Shown here: piece by piece, positions 50,099 through 63,157 of the stretch
How positions within the stretch are numbered: the stretch's first letter is position 1
How the letters are laid out: every line of letters begins with the position of its first letter
Source of the DNA: Hydrurus foetidus
Lineage: Eukaryota
Length of the DNA: 64,000 nucleotides
Assembly: GCA_900617105.1 (NCBI GenBank)
Contig: UYFQ01000229.1
Location: 1 to 64,000, forward strand
Direction: 5' to 3'
Notes under the pieces: model-generated
The model's input: only the letters and a program-made list of their open reading frames with translations
Databases searched by the model: none
What the model was told of the DNA's origin: nothing
Program-made: the position numbers and the translations under genes

Positions 50099-50847
50099 TG
50101 CTCACGATAGCTGGAAGGAGCATTTTAGCTCGGCAAGCATCCCTATTCTGCACCTACAGTAATAAATACATTTTAGAGTGGTTTTGATGGTCAAATTTTG
50201 TTTTGGAGAACGCTATCAGTTTCTTAAGAGTAATTGTAGAGTGATTTTACAGAGGATGCATCGTAAAATGGTCATATTTTTATCGTGAGATAATGAATTG
50301 AAGAGGTTGCAGCGATGAAACTTCAGAATCATACCTAATAAGCAAGCATTCAATGCTTCTTGCTCGTTTTGGGCATTGCCAAGTCCTGTAGACGATGCTT
50401 TCAGAGGGGCATTCGACGTGAAACTGAAATTTCGGCAAGACAGAAAACAGAAAAACGGCAGCTTCAATTTTTTTTCTTTTAGAGATGCACAATGTTCAAA
50501 GTGCAAAGAAGTTGCTAGACTCACCTAGAATATCCAACAACGTCGAAGTTATGAGATAAGTGGTTGTTAAAAAGGGCAATTTAGAGTATAGATTCTCCTC
50601 GTCAATTTGGAGGCCCGCGTGTGAAAGTACGTACATCAAAATATTTGTACGTGCATATTACGGTCTAAATATACCGACCTTCGGTCGGTTATAATTTAAC
50701 TTTTACCGCAGAGTTCCGGATTGATCATCGAGGGACGCCTCTGGCCTCGGACTCTGGAGTCTGGAGGACGTCGATGCCTCAGACTGGAGCTGGAGCGCCT
50801 TCACCATTTCCCTTTGATGGTCTTCAAATTGAACTGAATTGTCAACA

Positions 50848-52221
50848 ATGCTGCTCTCCCGGGTCGTTGTCAGTCCGGATGTGCTTCATGCATGTCTCAG
50901 TCATGCACTAAGCACGGAGCATCAAGAAATAATGGGCCTTCTTCTTGGTTCCCTAGTCAAAAATAATACTGAAGCCTTCATTGAACGCTCGATGGTTTTG
51001 AGTAGAAAAGATAAAAAAAAAGACAGAGTAGAAGTTAGTTACGCCGACCTCGGGATGGCATCAACTGTTGCTGAGGATCTCTCACTACGGGTTGTCGGCT
51101 GGTATCATTCACATCCCCACATCACCGTACTGCCGTCGCATGTTGATGTAAAAACTCAGGGACAGTATCAAGCTTTAGGGGACTTTCTAGGTCTGATTTT
51201 CTCTGTATTCGACAAAGGGCGATTGGAAATGTGTGCTTTTCAATCCCGACAAAACCGAAGCGGGGATTGGGAAAGAGTTGAGATACCCATCATAGTTGGA
51301 CTTGTATCTAAGGTGCCCGCAAGTGCGCTTCAATCCGAGAGGAGACTAATGGAAAGCCTCATAGCAATGCAACTAGTCCTTCTGAACGAAGACAAAGAAA
51401 CATTTGAAATCAGCTCATCTCACCATATGCGAGGCTGTTCGTATCTGAATATATCTCGAACTTTATCTGTTTATCAGTCATCTTTGCTTCGGTTGCTTGA
51501 TGTCCAGATTTGTCCGTTGCTTATGGCTCTGAAAAGTAAAGTCTTGAGTTTAGAGAACGAACGGGAAACATTGCTGCGCGAGCTGGCGTCTTTATCAGAG
51601 GATCAAAGTGGGGAGATTATCAATATTGAAGATGTTGACTTAAAAGTGGTGGGACTCTCAGTGCATCAAAGCATCCGGATAGAATCTGATAGAGCGCTGA
51701 AGGCCCTTGAAACGACCATTCCGAAGTGGACTCTCTCCAGCAGTGCGCTCAAAACAGCGTTTGCAGGAATGACTGTGGAGGTGGTGTCGGTGGAGAATGA
51801 AGATGACATGAGCGATACGTCAATTGCATTCCGGAGAGGAGATAGATGCGTCCTCAGGACGAAACGAATAGAGACATCACCATTGTGCAAAGTCATTTCC
51901 CCATGGGCTCTCGAGTTTGAATCTGATGAAACCGAAATGGAGGAAGAGTCAAAGAGATCATCTTCCAAATATCCTCTCCTGGCAGTGCATTCTGCGCCCC
52001 AGGCAAATATGGTGAAGTTTACGATAGTACAGCACGCAAAGCCCTCTATATCGCGCCCATTAGGTGGTAGAAGCGATGTCTCTCATTGCGAGATGAAGGT
52101 CACTGTTAGGATACTAGGCACCAATGGAAGTGTCGTGGACGCCAACCACGCTAAGAGCATTGGTGACTACCTGCACTCCAGTCTACGTCTAAATTTGTAC
52201 AACGCGTTGCAGCGTGGCTAA
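50848..52221 (+). CDS. BRCC3: BRCC36-like JAMM/MPN+ K63 deubiquitinase
   Basis: HALSTEHQEIMGLLLG, RKDKKKDRVEVS and VVGWYHSHPHITVLPSHVDVKTQ. Confidence 0.88.
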   Translation: MLLSRVVVSPDVLHACLSHALSTEHQEIMGLLLGSLVKNNTEAFIERSMVLSRKDKKKDRVEVSYADLGMASTVAEDLSLRVVGWYHSHPHITVLPSHVDVKTQGQYQALGDFLGLIFSVFDKGRLEMCAFQSRQNRSGDWERVEIPIIVGLVSKVPASALQSERRLMESLIAMQLVLLNEDKETFEISSSHHMRGCSYLNISRTLSVYQSSLLRLLDVQICPLLMALKSKVLSLENERETLLRELASLSEDQSGEIINIEDVDLKVVGLSVHQSIRIESDRALKALETTIPKWTLSSSALKTAFAGMTVEVVSVENEDDMSDTSIAFRRGDRCVLRTKRIETSPLCKVISPWALEFESDETEMEEESKRSSSKYPLLAVHSAPQANMVKFTIVQHAKPSISRPLGGRSDVSHCEMKVTVRILGTNGSVVDANHAKSIGDYLHSSLRLNLYNALQRG

Positions 52222-52439
52222 TTCATCTGCTGCACAGTGATTCGCAGATTTTCACCATAGTTTGTTGTCGGAGATTACAATTATGATTTACAGACAACAA
52301 TCTTGGAGGAACGAAAATCATTTAATTAATATAACAGGCGTGCGATTAGAAATTCACATTATTCGAATAACATGCACGAGGTAGTTCGTAGAGCGAGTTC
52401 CGAAAATGAAGTCGACACAGGGTACAACAGTTTCCTGTG

Positions 52440-55400
52440 TCATCTACTCCGCCTCCTGCACTTTGCTGTTGATTGCCATGCTTGGCAGGTGGTGGGAAGC
52501 CGGTAGTGAGGCGTCTCTCTACTTACGCCAATTGCTGCCTTCGTTAGTAGGATTGCTCCCCTCAGTCCTGCGGGGAAGAGGAGCGTCCCCGCTCTTGTTG
52601 CCCCACCTGCCTCCGTCGTCACCCCTCTGGTCACCTCGGTCTCGATCGCTGGGCCTGTCCCGGTCCCCCCTGATGTCCCTATCCCTGTCCCCACCACCAC
52701 CTCCTGACAGAGATGAGAATCGGTCATTGCGAGGAGCTGGGGCAGCTTCTGGCCTTCTGTTAGACTCGGTGGGTCTCCTGGAAGAACAGATGAGAGGACG
52801 GAGATTAGAGTGATATTCATAGCACCTACAGTGTTGTGTCAATACTAGAGAAGGAACAGGACTCACCCTCCCCAATCTGCGCCACCTCGGACAGGAGCTG
52901 GTGCGTCATTTCCTCTGCTACCTCTCCAGCCGCTGTTCCCGCCATCCCCACCACCACTACCAGTACCGAATGTAGGTTTTCTGGCTGCACTGCCACCGAA
53001 GGCGTTGTCGAGTCCGCTTCCTGTCGAGGTCGAAGACCTACTCGACTTCCACGCCGCTGAGGCGCCATCATCAGTCCTGGTGCTGGCCACGGAGACAGGA
53101 ACACGGGTGGCTGGTCCTTGTTTCTTCCACTCCCCCTCCTCTTCGGGTGCACTATCGATGTCTCTCTCTCTCTCAGGTGCAGGAGGCTCGAGGGCCTTTC
53201 TGGCAGCTGCGGCTTCAGCAGCAACACGGTGCGCTTCAGCTGCCTCTGCCCGGATGACCTCCATGGCAGCGGCCTTCTCCTTTCGCACACGCTCTGCCTC
53301 CACCTCACGCTCCTTGTCGAGAGCCTCCTTCTCCTCGCGCTCCGCTCTGCATCTTGCAGCTGCCTCCAGGAGTTGTCTCTCGTCTTCGATGATCTTAAGT
53401 CTCTCCTGCTCCTCCTCTTCCTCCTGCTGTCTGCGCTCATTGTCCTCTTCCAGCATATACCTCGCCTTCGATATTCTACTCCATCTGTAGTCATCCAGCG
53501 CCTTACTGATGATCTGTGCCTTTCTGGTCTCATATGCTTTCTTCTGCTGCACTAACAGACTGGTCTCCAGAAGTGATCTGACAGGAAGAAGACGAGAAAG
53601 ACGCGCCTTCTCCTCGAGACTGATCTTGTGTTGTCTGAGTCCTTCCTCCTGTCTCTCGGCGACCTTAAGCTGCACGGTATTGCAAGAGTGTGGAACATTA
53701 GTGCCAACGGAAGTGAAAGAGAGTTTCAACGAACTCATTAGTAGGAAAGGCATTCGAGGTGATGGTTGAGGGCAAAGCTGATAGAAATAGATGCAGAAGT
53801 ACTTACGTTATATGCGGCTCTGTCTTCAGAAACTTGCTCAGCGTACTTCTTGGCGATAGCACCTGGTGCTTCGAGACGAAGGGCACGGGTGATGTGGTCG
53901 AGACGCTTCGCCTGCTCATTGACTCTCCGGCCTGACAGATACAAAAAATTAGTCAACGAAAGTGATTACGGGAATGATCTTCATCTACAGTCTTCTTCAC
54001 TAACTAACTAGCGTAAGAGGGCGGTGTTACCTTCATCTTCTCTAGCTTTCATGGCTTCGTTCTTGGCGTCAGTGAGAAGACCCTGTCTGGCAGCGGGAGT
54101 GATATCCATGAGAGCCTCCTCCGTCATCACAACGTTGTACCGCTCCAGCTCCTTCTGGATGCGTAGCAGATCCTGACGGGCAACTAGCTTCCTTCTCTTC
54201 TCTTCCTCCCTCACTCTCTGCTCCTGATCCAGACGCAGTGCGTCCATCTTCTGACGCCTCTCCTCCTCGACCTCTTTCGTTCTCTGTTCGTCCTTCTGTC
54301 TGTCCTGTTGGATTCTCTCCAGTCCTTCTTTCCTTTTCTCAATCATCTTCTTTCTCTCCACAGCACTCTCATGCTCGTAGTCCACTGCATCCAAGACCTT
54401 CTTGAAGTAGTCCTTTCTAGAAGCAACAGCAGATTCTTCATATGGTGCGGCACCCAGAGTGACGGATAGGTTGTGGGCCACTTTGTTGAGGCTACTGCCT
54501 AGCTGTGCCACTTGACTTTCGATGGTGCCAGTTGTGGCTGATCCAGACGAGCCGAAGCGAAGACATCCGTTGCGATGGTCGATTCTAACCTGAAGTTGCT
54601 TGCGAGATACACCGTCAATCATGATCTTCTCGATCTGATTGTAGGAGATATCTTCTAGACCGGATAGAAGTCTCTGCAGGAAATCCATCTTCAGAGCGCT
54701 GTACACGCGAGACAGCTGCTGCATGACACGCACGACAGCCACTCTCTCTAAGGGGAGGGCATACATGGCCAGTTGAGGGTGCGCCTTGATAGCGGTGATG
54801 ATCGGCTTCAATGCAGCAACCAGCCCTAAAGGGTTAAACTTCGTCTCAAGGAGATTGTACAGCGCAGATATCTCGGGGAAAACATCGCCCAGGACGCCCT
54901 TAGCAACAATGTCCTCTAAGAGTGCCTTTCTTGTGGGGTTGGCTTGGAAGTCGAGGAGTTTAGCCATCTGCTGACTCTTATCAGAAGCGATTTCGTCTGA
55001 CAAGGATGATAATGGAGATTGCATGCATGCACGTTAGAGAGCTGACCAGGTAGTGTTCTCGTAAGTCAAAAACAGAGTCGACTAGGCACAGTTGTAAAGG
55101 CTTCCGTGTTTGAATGTACATATGCGGATATGTGCGTACGTACCTTCTTCCAGCAGAGCAGCGGGGTCGGTGTTGTCCCTTAGCGAGGGTATGCTCAGTG
55201 CTGACAGGAGGACGGAGGTAGCCATCATGGACTTCTCTTCAGACTTCAAATCTTTGCGATATTCGCAACTCAAAGAATAGTGTCTGAACCAAGCATACGC
55301 ATGGAAGAGCTGATTATCAGCAACCCAGAAAATTTTGGTGAGTTTCTCGTAGTAGGATGCCATCAAACGTTTCTTTGGAGTCTGTTTTCCCAGGATCATA

Positions 55401-56407
55401 ATCTCGTAAATATCTTCGACTGTCTGAAATCCCTCATTCCATAGTTCAAGTGTTGTCGCAACCTCCAGCTGAACAAATCTCGTGTGCAAGTGGAGCTCGA
55501 TGGACTCAGGCGTCCATTCCCAGGCAATGCGTGCGGTGTTGCGAGGCTGAGCAGTCATCCTCTGAAGATTGGTGAACTGTTGTCTTAGCATTTCACATAG
55601 GCGGCGAAATTCCAAGTTGCGCTGATAGTCAAGGCAGAATTTGAAAGCTTTTTCAGCAGTTTTATGGTAGATCCTTTCTAGTTTCACATTCTTGTGAAGA
55701 AGCTCCAAGATTGCTCTGTAATTCTCCCACAGAAATTTCAGCCATGGAACGACAACTTCTCTATCTGTGCGATCTTTTCCACCCTCTGCCGTCATGGAAG
55801 ACAACATGATACTTTCTGGCGTCTCCTCTTGATCTAAGTCGTTAACCTTTGCTGCTGCTGCCAGCGCTACTCTATCTGCTTTCTGACGGGCGGCCGTTGC
55901 TCTCGCCTCGGATAATTCCATGAGATGAATTATCACTGTTTCTAGAGAGTTGGGATCAACCTATGAAGGATACGTTGTAATCCCGAATTTTGTGAATTCA
56001 GAGATGTCATCAATTTATGACGGTATTTTTCAGGTTCTTACCGACTGGCAAAGGTTACGATATTGGTGAAGGCCATCTTTTGCCATGCGATGATCTTTAA
56101 GATCCACGCAGAGTTCCAAGTGACGCTTCATAAGCTGCTCGTAAGATTTCGTCCACAAGATGCCCTTCTTCTTTGCGCCGATGGCGCCATGTAGCAGTGC
56201 TAATGCCAGTTTTTTCTCTTTATCGGCATTATTGCCGACAGCACTATTTATTTGGTCTGAATCGTCGTAAGAGTTTTTGCATTAAAATTTGCATCAGATA
56301 AATACAATTGACAATTTTAAGACATCGGATACAGCTGACAGACCATTGGCTCGCTTTAACACATATTCAGGCTTGGCCGATTGGCCAGGATTCTGTCCTC
56401 TCTGCAT
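52440..56407 (-). CDS. EIF3A: Translation initiation factor eIF3 subunit A (multi-exon, 3' end approximate)
   Basis: N-terminal KPEYVLKRAN, DRTDREVVVPWLKFLWENYR, EFRRLCEMLR, QLEVATTLELWNEGF, a PCI region, charged coiled coil and an RGD-rich tail. Confidence 0.92.
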
Positions 56408-57966
56408 CACAGTAATTTATGAGTTGACCACAAAGACCCAATTTCCAATCCTCTCGACAGTTCGAGGTAAACAGGTCGATGGAACTACGCTAGGATATTT
56501 TCAAATTTGCGTCTTGTTATCTAGGGCTGAAGATGTCGTACAACTTCGGCTCGATTTTCCTTCGCAGGACCACACAAAAGTCAAAAATTCACGAAATATT
56601 GTACCTAAAATATGGAATGATGCATCAAAAGCGAGTTTTCTGGGTATAGGATATATACTTTCCACTTTTTCTGTGGCGCACAGGAAAAGCTCATTTATTT
56701 GCAAATGCATGATATGCATGTGCGCTTATTGAAGCAAAATCATTCAAATATACCCAACACCTGCTATTCTCCCGATTTTAAGAATTCAAACAGATTCGAA
56801 CAGCCAGCATAAATCGTCTGTATAAACAAGTATCCAATTAGTCTTTTTTATATGCTAAGAAAAATAGAATTTATAATGCTTCCAGATATTCGTCACTGGC
56901 CGTTTCTGTTCTGTACTGTGTAAGATCTAATGTATACCCTGTGTATATCTTTCACATGCATGCTCGAGAGTTAAAAAACTGTTATCAGAAAATGAAAATT
57001 TGCTTATGCTACCACAGAGCACTTTTCCACGACATCACACACGCGTTTCTGATGGTACATTTCAGTATCTTCACGCATTAAATTGAGAGCCAAAAAATGT
57101 AGTTGAATTTGGTTAAGAGGTGGAATTATCACTACTGGAGCTATTTCCAAACCTAAAAAGAACTTTATCTTCGCAAACAATTTGCATTCTGTCAGAAAAA
57201 AGTCGCAAACAAAAAGTTGCAATTTACCTGCTGTATGTTTTAGATAATACTCTGCGTTAATTGATCATCGATTCTCCAACCCATGATTTCAATCGCTTCG
57301 GTTTCTCATTTTTTGCCGTTTCTATTGCACCATCATTGTCACTTGACGATCTGATTGACAGATAGCGGAGCGGGCATATGCCAATGTCATCGATATTTCA
57401 AAAGTTACTCCATTAAACTGATTGTCTTCAATTTGCCTCAGTAAATTAATTGTCTTGAATTTGGATCTCTGCATATATCCATTTTAGTAAATCACAAAAT
57501 CTAGAACTTCGCGCGAGGATTACGATCATTGAAGATTTCTGCGAAGCTATTGCTGTTCCAGATCTATAACATAGTTAAATAAAGGAATTGATATCGCAAG
57601 CAATTTAGAATAACGGAAATGAAATGTGCATACATTTTATCAGTTTACAAATTTAAATGAAATATGGTATTTGAATTATAGGGGATCACTTTTGTAAAAG
57701 ATCGCCTTTCATCGCCACTCTCATTGCTTGAGGTTTGAGGTTTGGAAAAACCCCAAAGGGATAATTAAGTGGGTCCGGAATCCGTACAAAGTGCCTTCCA
57801 AAGATGTGCTGGTCCGATTTTTGTGGTTTCGCAGTCTGGCCATCCTATTATCCTGTTACTCACCCACCTCGTAATAACACGTTTCGAGATATCACCAAGT
57901 TACATACAAGAAGCTTTCAACGAGGCTTTTGGCTAACGTTCACTAGTTTCCGCACATCAATCTAAA

Positions 57967-58572
57967 ATGGGAAAAGGTGCTCATTTTTTTACATACGAAG
58001 CAGAGAAACAGAATCATTTCGGACGCTTTGACCTGACAGTAAATTTTTCATATCTGATATCTGATTGTAGGACGTGGAGGAGCAGTTGGCACTAAGTTCA
58101 AGATCACTCTTGGTCAGTTCTACCTCCGGAAATAGAATTCAGCATGAGCTGTTAGTTTCTTGAGTGATTCATGCAACTGACATTTATCATCATATCGTGT
58201 TTAGGTCTGCCAGTGGGTGCAACTGTCAATTGCGCCGATAACACAGGAGCGAAGGCTCTAGAAATTATCGCAGTTTCCGGAATTAAAGGTCGCCTTAATA
58301 AATTACCCTCTGCTTCTATCGGAGACTTAGTCATGGCCTCATGTAAGAAAGGAAAGCCAGAACTCCGCAAGAAAGTTCATCCGGCAGTCATCGTCCGCCA
58401 AAGAAAAACTTGGAGAAGAAAGGAAGGTGTTTTCATTTACTTCGAGGACAATGCAGCAGTGATCGTAAACAACAAGGGAGAGATGAAAGGATCAGCTGTC
58501 GCCGGTCCTGTTGCTAAAGAATGTGCTGATATGTGGCCCAGAATTGCATCCAACTCTGGTTCAATCCTCTAG
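57967..58572 (+). CDS. RPL23: 60S ribosomal protein L23 (uL14); exons 57967-57976, 58071-58112 and 58205-58572
   Basis: Spliced product [34 protein letters not shown]...YFEDNA...[12 protein letters not shown] with GT-AG introns. Confidence 0.97.
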
Positions 58573-59618
58573 GTCTCTATCTGTACTATTACGACCTGAT
58601 AATTACATTTAAAGCACCCTCGTTGAACACGCAAAGAACGTTCTCTGCAGTTTTCTCGAATCGTGGCCAGATCAGCTCACCGAATCATGAAATCATATCC
58701 GAGCGTGTGGCAGTGTCATCTCGTTCAACGTGCCTATATTCAATCGGAATGAGTCACACGCATCCTGATTCACGTGTTAGTGAAGAAGTACTTATCAACT
58801 ATGCAAGATATTCTGCGCATCACAATCTACTCAGGCAAAGCAGAGTATCAGTGAATACCACACGCAGTGAAATCCCGGCACTTGCTATCAAACAGCGTGA
58901 TGCGAAACACGAAAACCGACATGTTGTACCTACAACGGACGGGATTGATTACGTACAGGAATTCGGAGCGAAAACCTCTTCAAATTCCCCTGCACGTACA
59001 ATTATATTTCAGGAAAGTTGCGGATAGGGTTCCATACCACTACATCACAACGACTAAACAAACATAAGTGACATCGCATGAAAGAATTATGACAGTTGCA
59101 CCTTCGCACCAGGTGGTTAATATTTCTGAAAATGGTTGAAATTTCTTTTCGAATAAGACGACGCACGCCGACCCAACTTTCGCATACCCAACGCACGCCA
59201 GGGCACCTCAGATGTAATTGATTATATCTTGATTAGCAGCGTTGAGCGTCGTTATGATCTCTCAATATTAATATCATGAAGCTACCCATTTACACGTATG
59301 GTACACCATCAAAAATATTATTCCAGATTCCAGCACCTGATGAGTTCTGTGTAGACTGTAATGTACGTACAGATCCAATTCTGTGTAGACTGTATGTGCA
59401 GATCGAAGTTCCGTCAAAATTTCGAAGTGAGAATACTTCTTCAACAACACGATACAGAGGTCAGTCCCATCTCGAAGTCGAACTCTTCAGCGTCGCTTCT
59501 TATGATGAAGAAACAGCAGCATTCAGTAACCCCAGGGGTGCGACTTCAGCTAACTGCTATATAAGCGTCATAGATTCACCCCCGCTTGAAGTTGGGTTTA
59601 CCCATCTCGCAAACCATC

Positions 59619-60386
59619 ATGACACTTTCAAATGTCGTCGCATTTATTACGGGAGCGGGTCAGGGTCTTGGGAGAGCTACTGCGTTACGTTTGGCCTCCA
59701 AAAATGCGAAAGTAGTTGTAGCAGACATATCAGAATCAGCAGCAGCAAAAGTTGCTGCAGAAATCGGCATAAAGAATGCTATTGCTATCGTCATGGACGT
59801 CACAAACGAAGCGCAAGTTAAAGATGCTATGGATCAGACGATTCAAAAATGGGGGAAATTGAATGTCTGTGTCAGTTGCGCAGGTATTGCGCCTCCAATG
59901 AGAACACTATCCAAAAAAGGGCCGCATCTCCTTGACCTTTTTTCAAAGGTTGTGCTCGTCAATGCAGTAGGAACATTCAATGTCGCTCGCTTGGCTGCAG
60001 AAAAGATGTCTCTTAACGAAGCTGATCCAGACGGCCTCAAAGGCCTAATTGTGAATACGGCGAGTATAGCAGCTTTCGAAGGCCAAATCGGACAAGTCGC
60101 ATATGCAGCTTCCAAAGGAGCGGTGGTTTCAATGACTTTGCCACTAGCTCGGGACTTAGCTCAGTACGGAATACGAGTAAACACAATAGCCCCTGGCCTC
60201 ATGATGACTCCAATGCTCGAGGGCCTCCCTGAGAGCGTTCAGAAAGATCTCGCTGCGACCGTAATACTTCCTAAACGTCTCGGAAAACCGGATGAGTTCG
60301 CCCATCTAGTGCAGGCGATTATCGAAAATCCCCTTCTCAATGGAGAGGTAATTCGCCTCGATGGTGCTCTGCGGATGCAGCCCTAA
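59619..60386 (+). CDS. HSD17B10: 3-hydroxyacyl-CoA dehydrogenase type 2-like short-chain dehydrogenase
   Basis: TGAGQGLG, CAGIA, NTASIAAFEGQIGQVAYAASKG and NGEVIRLDGALRM. Confidence 0.92.
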   Translation: MTLSNVVAFITGAGQGLGRATALRLASKNAKVVVADISESAAAKVAAEIGIKNAIAIVMDVTNEAQVKDAMDQTIQKWGKLNVCVSCAGIAPPMRTLSKKGPHLLDLFSKVVLVNAVGTFNVARLAAEKMSLNEADPDGLKGLIVNTASIAAFEGQIGQVAYAASKGAVVSMTLPLARDLAQYGIRVNTIAPGLMMTPMLEGLPESVQKDLAATVILPKRLGKPDEFAHLVQAIIENPLLNGEVIRLDGALRMQP

Positions 60387-60953
60387 CATTGTCGATATTT
60401 ACTGCACAATCAAATTTTCGCATCATTTACTCGATCGGAAACCCTGGCACATGTTGATATTCTGTAAAGTAAGAACCCATCTGAGAGACCTCTCTTTCCC
60501 TTGCCTTTCATCGGTCTCAATGAGCGATTAGCAGATGTCATTGTGCTCTTATCGTCGCTGTAGCGTCTGCAAAATGCACACCTATAGTGCACTCACGAGC
60601 AATTAAAAGATCACTAATGGTTCTGATAAAATGATCAAAACCATTAGCTAGTCGCTGGACCTACGACAAAAAAATCGTTTCATTCTACTACAATAGCGAG
60701 TACGTGGTTCCACGGAACACTTTTTCCTCATTCTTTATTCTTATTTCTCCTGTATAAATCGTATCATGGCGAATATAGTGGTTAATCTTACTCAATTTCA
60801 AACGTACTGGGCGTATTTTTCTCGACCTTTTTTTTGATAAAATTTCAGGAGGATAAACAGTACTGCGGAGGATGGACGCCTCTCTCCATCATGTAATAAT
60901 GCAAATTCAGATAGTGGATGGATTTGATACCAAATTCGAGGTATTAGAAGTTG

Positions 60954-60999
60954 AGTTTGAAGTTTGAAGTTTGAAGTTTGAAGTTTGAAGTTTGAAGTT
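60954..60999. repeat. (AGTTTGA)n heptamer repeat
   Basis: About six tandem copies. Confidence 0.9.
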
Positions 61000-61298
61000 G
61001 AGACGAAAGGAATTTTTCTGGAATATTCCCTATGATGGGTACAACAGTTGCGACACAGACAGCAAACAGCACACACAAGAACACACACGTCGGCAAAAAG
61101 GGTTAGGAACCACGGACGAAAGTACCACAAACGAACTGCAATTCAACTCGACACGATGACAAAGATTGGATCTACGGAAGCTACATACTAATTCTCTTCA
61201 ATACTACAGAATTGGATATTTCGTAGCTCAAGGTGACTGGCAGTTGAGAGCTTTATCGTATATAGCAGAGGCACTATCAGCTGTTGCAAACTTCGAAA

Positions 61299-63157
61299 AT
61301 GATTTACGGTTCGGTACTTCTGTGTCTCTCTTTCTCCGCTCTTAGAACTGATGGCTTCAGACTTGGAGCTTTCGGCCCTAGGCAGATAACCAGTTTGAAA
61401 GGCACCCCTTCCACCACGGACAATAGGGGTCCATCAGCGAAAGAGGATCCAAGCGCTTACACACTGGCAATTTTGGGAGATCTTCACCTGGATCCCCGTT
61501 ACATGGATGACCATATCGCCGGTCAGAAGCACTTTCTTTCTGTCATCAAGGACAAAAACGGAAATCCGAAACCAAACACATGCGTCATCTCCCTTGGCGA
61601 TCTTGGAGAATCGAAAAGTGTCTATCCCGACAAAACGAAAGAACTGTTCGCTGGAACAACTGGCTGTCTTAAATTAGCCCGCGAATTCCTCGACGGGTTT
61701 GGAGTGCCATTCGAAGTTGTTGGGGGCAACCACGATTTGGAGGGCATCGACGAATTCCCAACAGACGAGACAAATCTTCAGGCATATCTTGAAATCCTTG
61801 GTAAACCAACGCCGCAGTTTAGCAGACTCATTGCCGAGAAAACCTTGCTTGTGGGCCTCGGATCCACAGTGTTCAGAGAAGCACGTTACACGTCCCACGA
61901 AGTCTTCATTGACGACGCACAGGTGATCACATTAATATCTACCATCCCGGTTTTTTAAACCATGGTTGAGGAGCTGCTCACAAACTTCAAATAAATGACG
62001 CGACAGGTGAAGTGGTTCGAGGACACAGTCAAAGCGTGTCCAGCAAGTGAAGGCTGGCGTGTATTCGTCTTCAGTCATGCACCTCCAATGGGCTCCGGAC
62101 TCCGTGTGCTCCAGGAGAATCACGTAGTCAACGGCTGCTGTTGGTTGAACCACAGTGGAAAAAACACTGGCAAATTCATTGAAGTTGTTCGCGAAAACGC
62201 ATGCATCAAGGCCTGGTTTTCCGGTCACTTCCACTTGGGTCAGGACTACCAAGACTCCATCACTTTTCCTGAGGGAAACAACAGAGGCAGTTGTGTGTTC
62301 GCCCAGACAGCCGTCATGTCTGCCAAATCGAGCAGAGACACTCGTCAGCAGTCTCGTCTTGTCCGCGGAACAAAGAGTGGGTTCACCATCTCCACGATCG
62401 ACCACCAGAAGGAGGGCAAAGAGAGACTCGACGCCACTGTCACATACACCACATCAGGTGCTGAGGTAGTATACGCCCACGCCTCTGATGACTTCGACCA
62501 TGACAAGTTCTTCGCTGCGTATACTCCTCAACCAGAGGATGGATGTTACGTCGAGAATATTGACGGTGAAATCACTGTAGCTGGCAAGGAGAACTCTGTG
62601 TGCTGGTGGCACATGGCCGATGGCAAAGTGCTCGGTGTACACAACGGAATGGTTCTTGAGTACGACGCCTCCACACTCGCACCCCTCGGTCTTGTCGTTG
62701 GCAAGGACGAGTTGAAGGGCAGACAGCTAGCAATTGTCGACAGCGGCATCGACGCAGGCAGAAACAAGCTACCCGGCCGTGAACAGGCCGTTATCTTGTA
62801 CGATGACGACATGAACGTGACTGTTGTCCAGCCTAACGAGGACGGAAGTTACTGGCGCAAGATCGTCCGCAACAAGGTAAGCATATCTGAAATGTTCTTG
62901 GTTACATCTGAGTGACACTCCCATCCATACTCGACTAGCCTCGCACACAATTGTCTAATCTATGTATTGTTTCTTCGCAGGTCGTGCGTATGAGAGAGAA
63001 GAGAAGAGAGAAGGCCGCCATTGACTTCATCAAATCAAACTACGGAGTCGACAAATCCACTGTCGTTGATGTGAAGAGTTCATGGGGCCCATACACCACC
63101 ACTTCCGGAACAGCGAAATCGACCATGGTCCCGGGAATGACGAAAAACATTTTCTGA
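61299..63157 (+). CDS. Calcineurin-like metallophosphoesterase with a predicted bipartite plastid leader; exons 61299-61922, 62007-62876 and 62981-63157
   Basis: GDLH, LGDLG, GGNHD, SHAP and SGHFH motifs. A hydrophobic signal peptide is followed by DG|FRL. The GT-AG introns keep the frame. Confidence 0.85.

Noticed and set aside
5752..52221. OTU, USP-like and JAMM deubiquitinases as one functional cluster
   Set aside because: They sit in independent units (two TE-like regions and one host gene) brought together by insertion. Nothing suggests co-regulation.
58533..59821. ORFs 58533-59027 and 59276-59821 as genes
   Set aside because: They overlap RPL23 and the SDR gene in other frames and have no recognisable motif.
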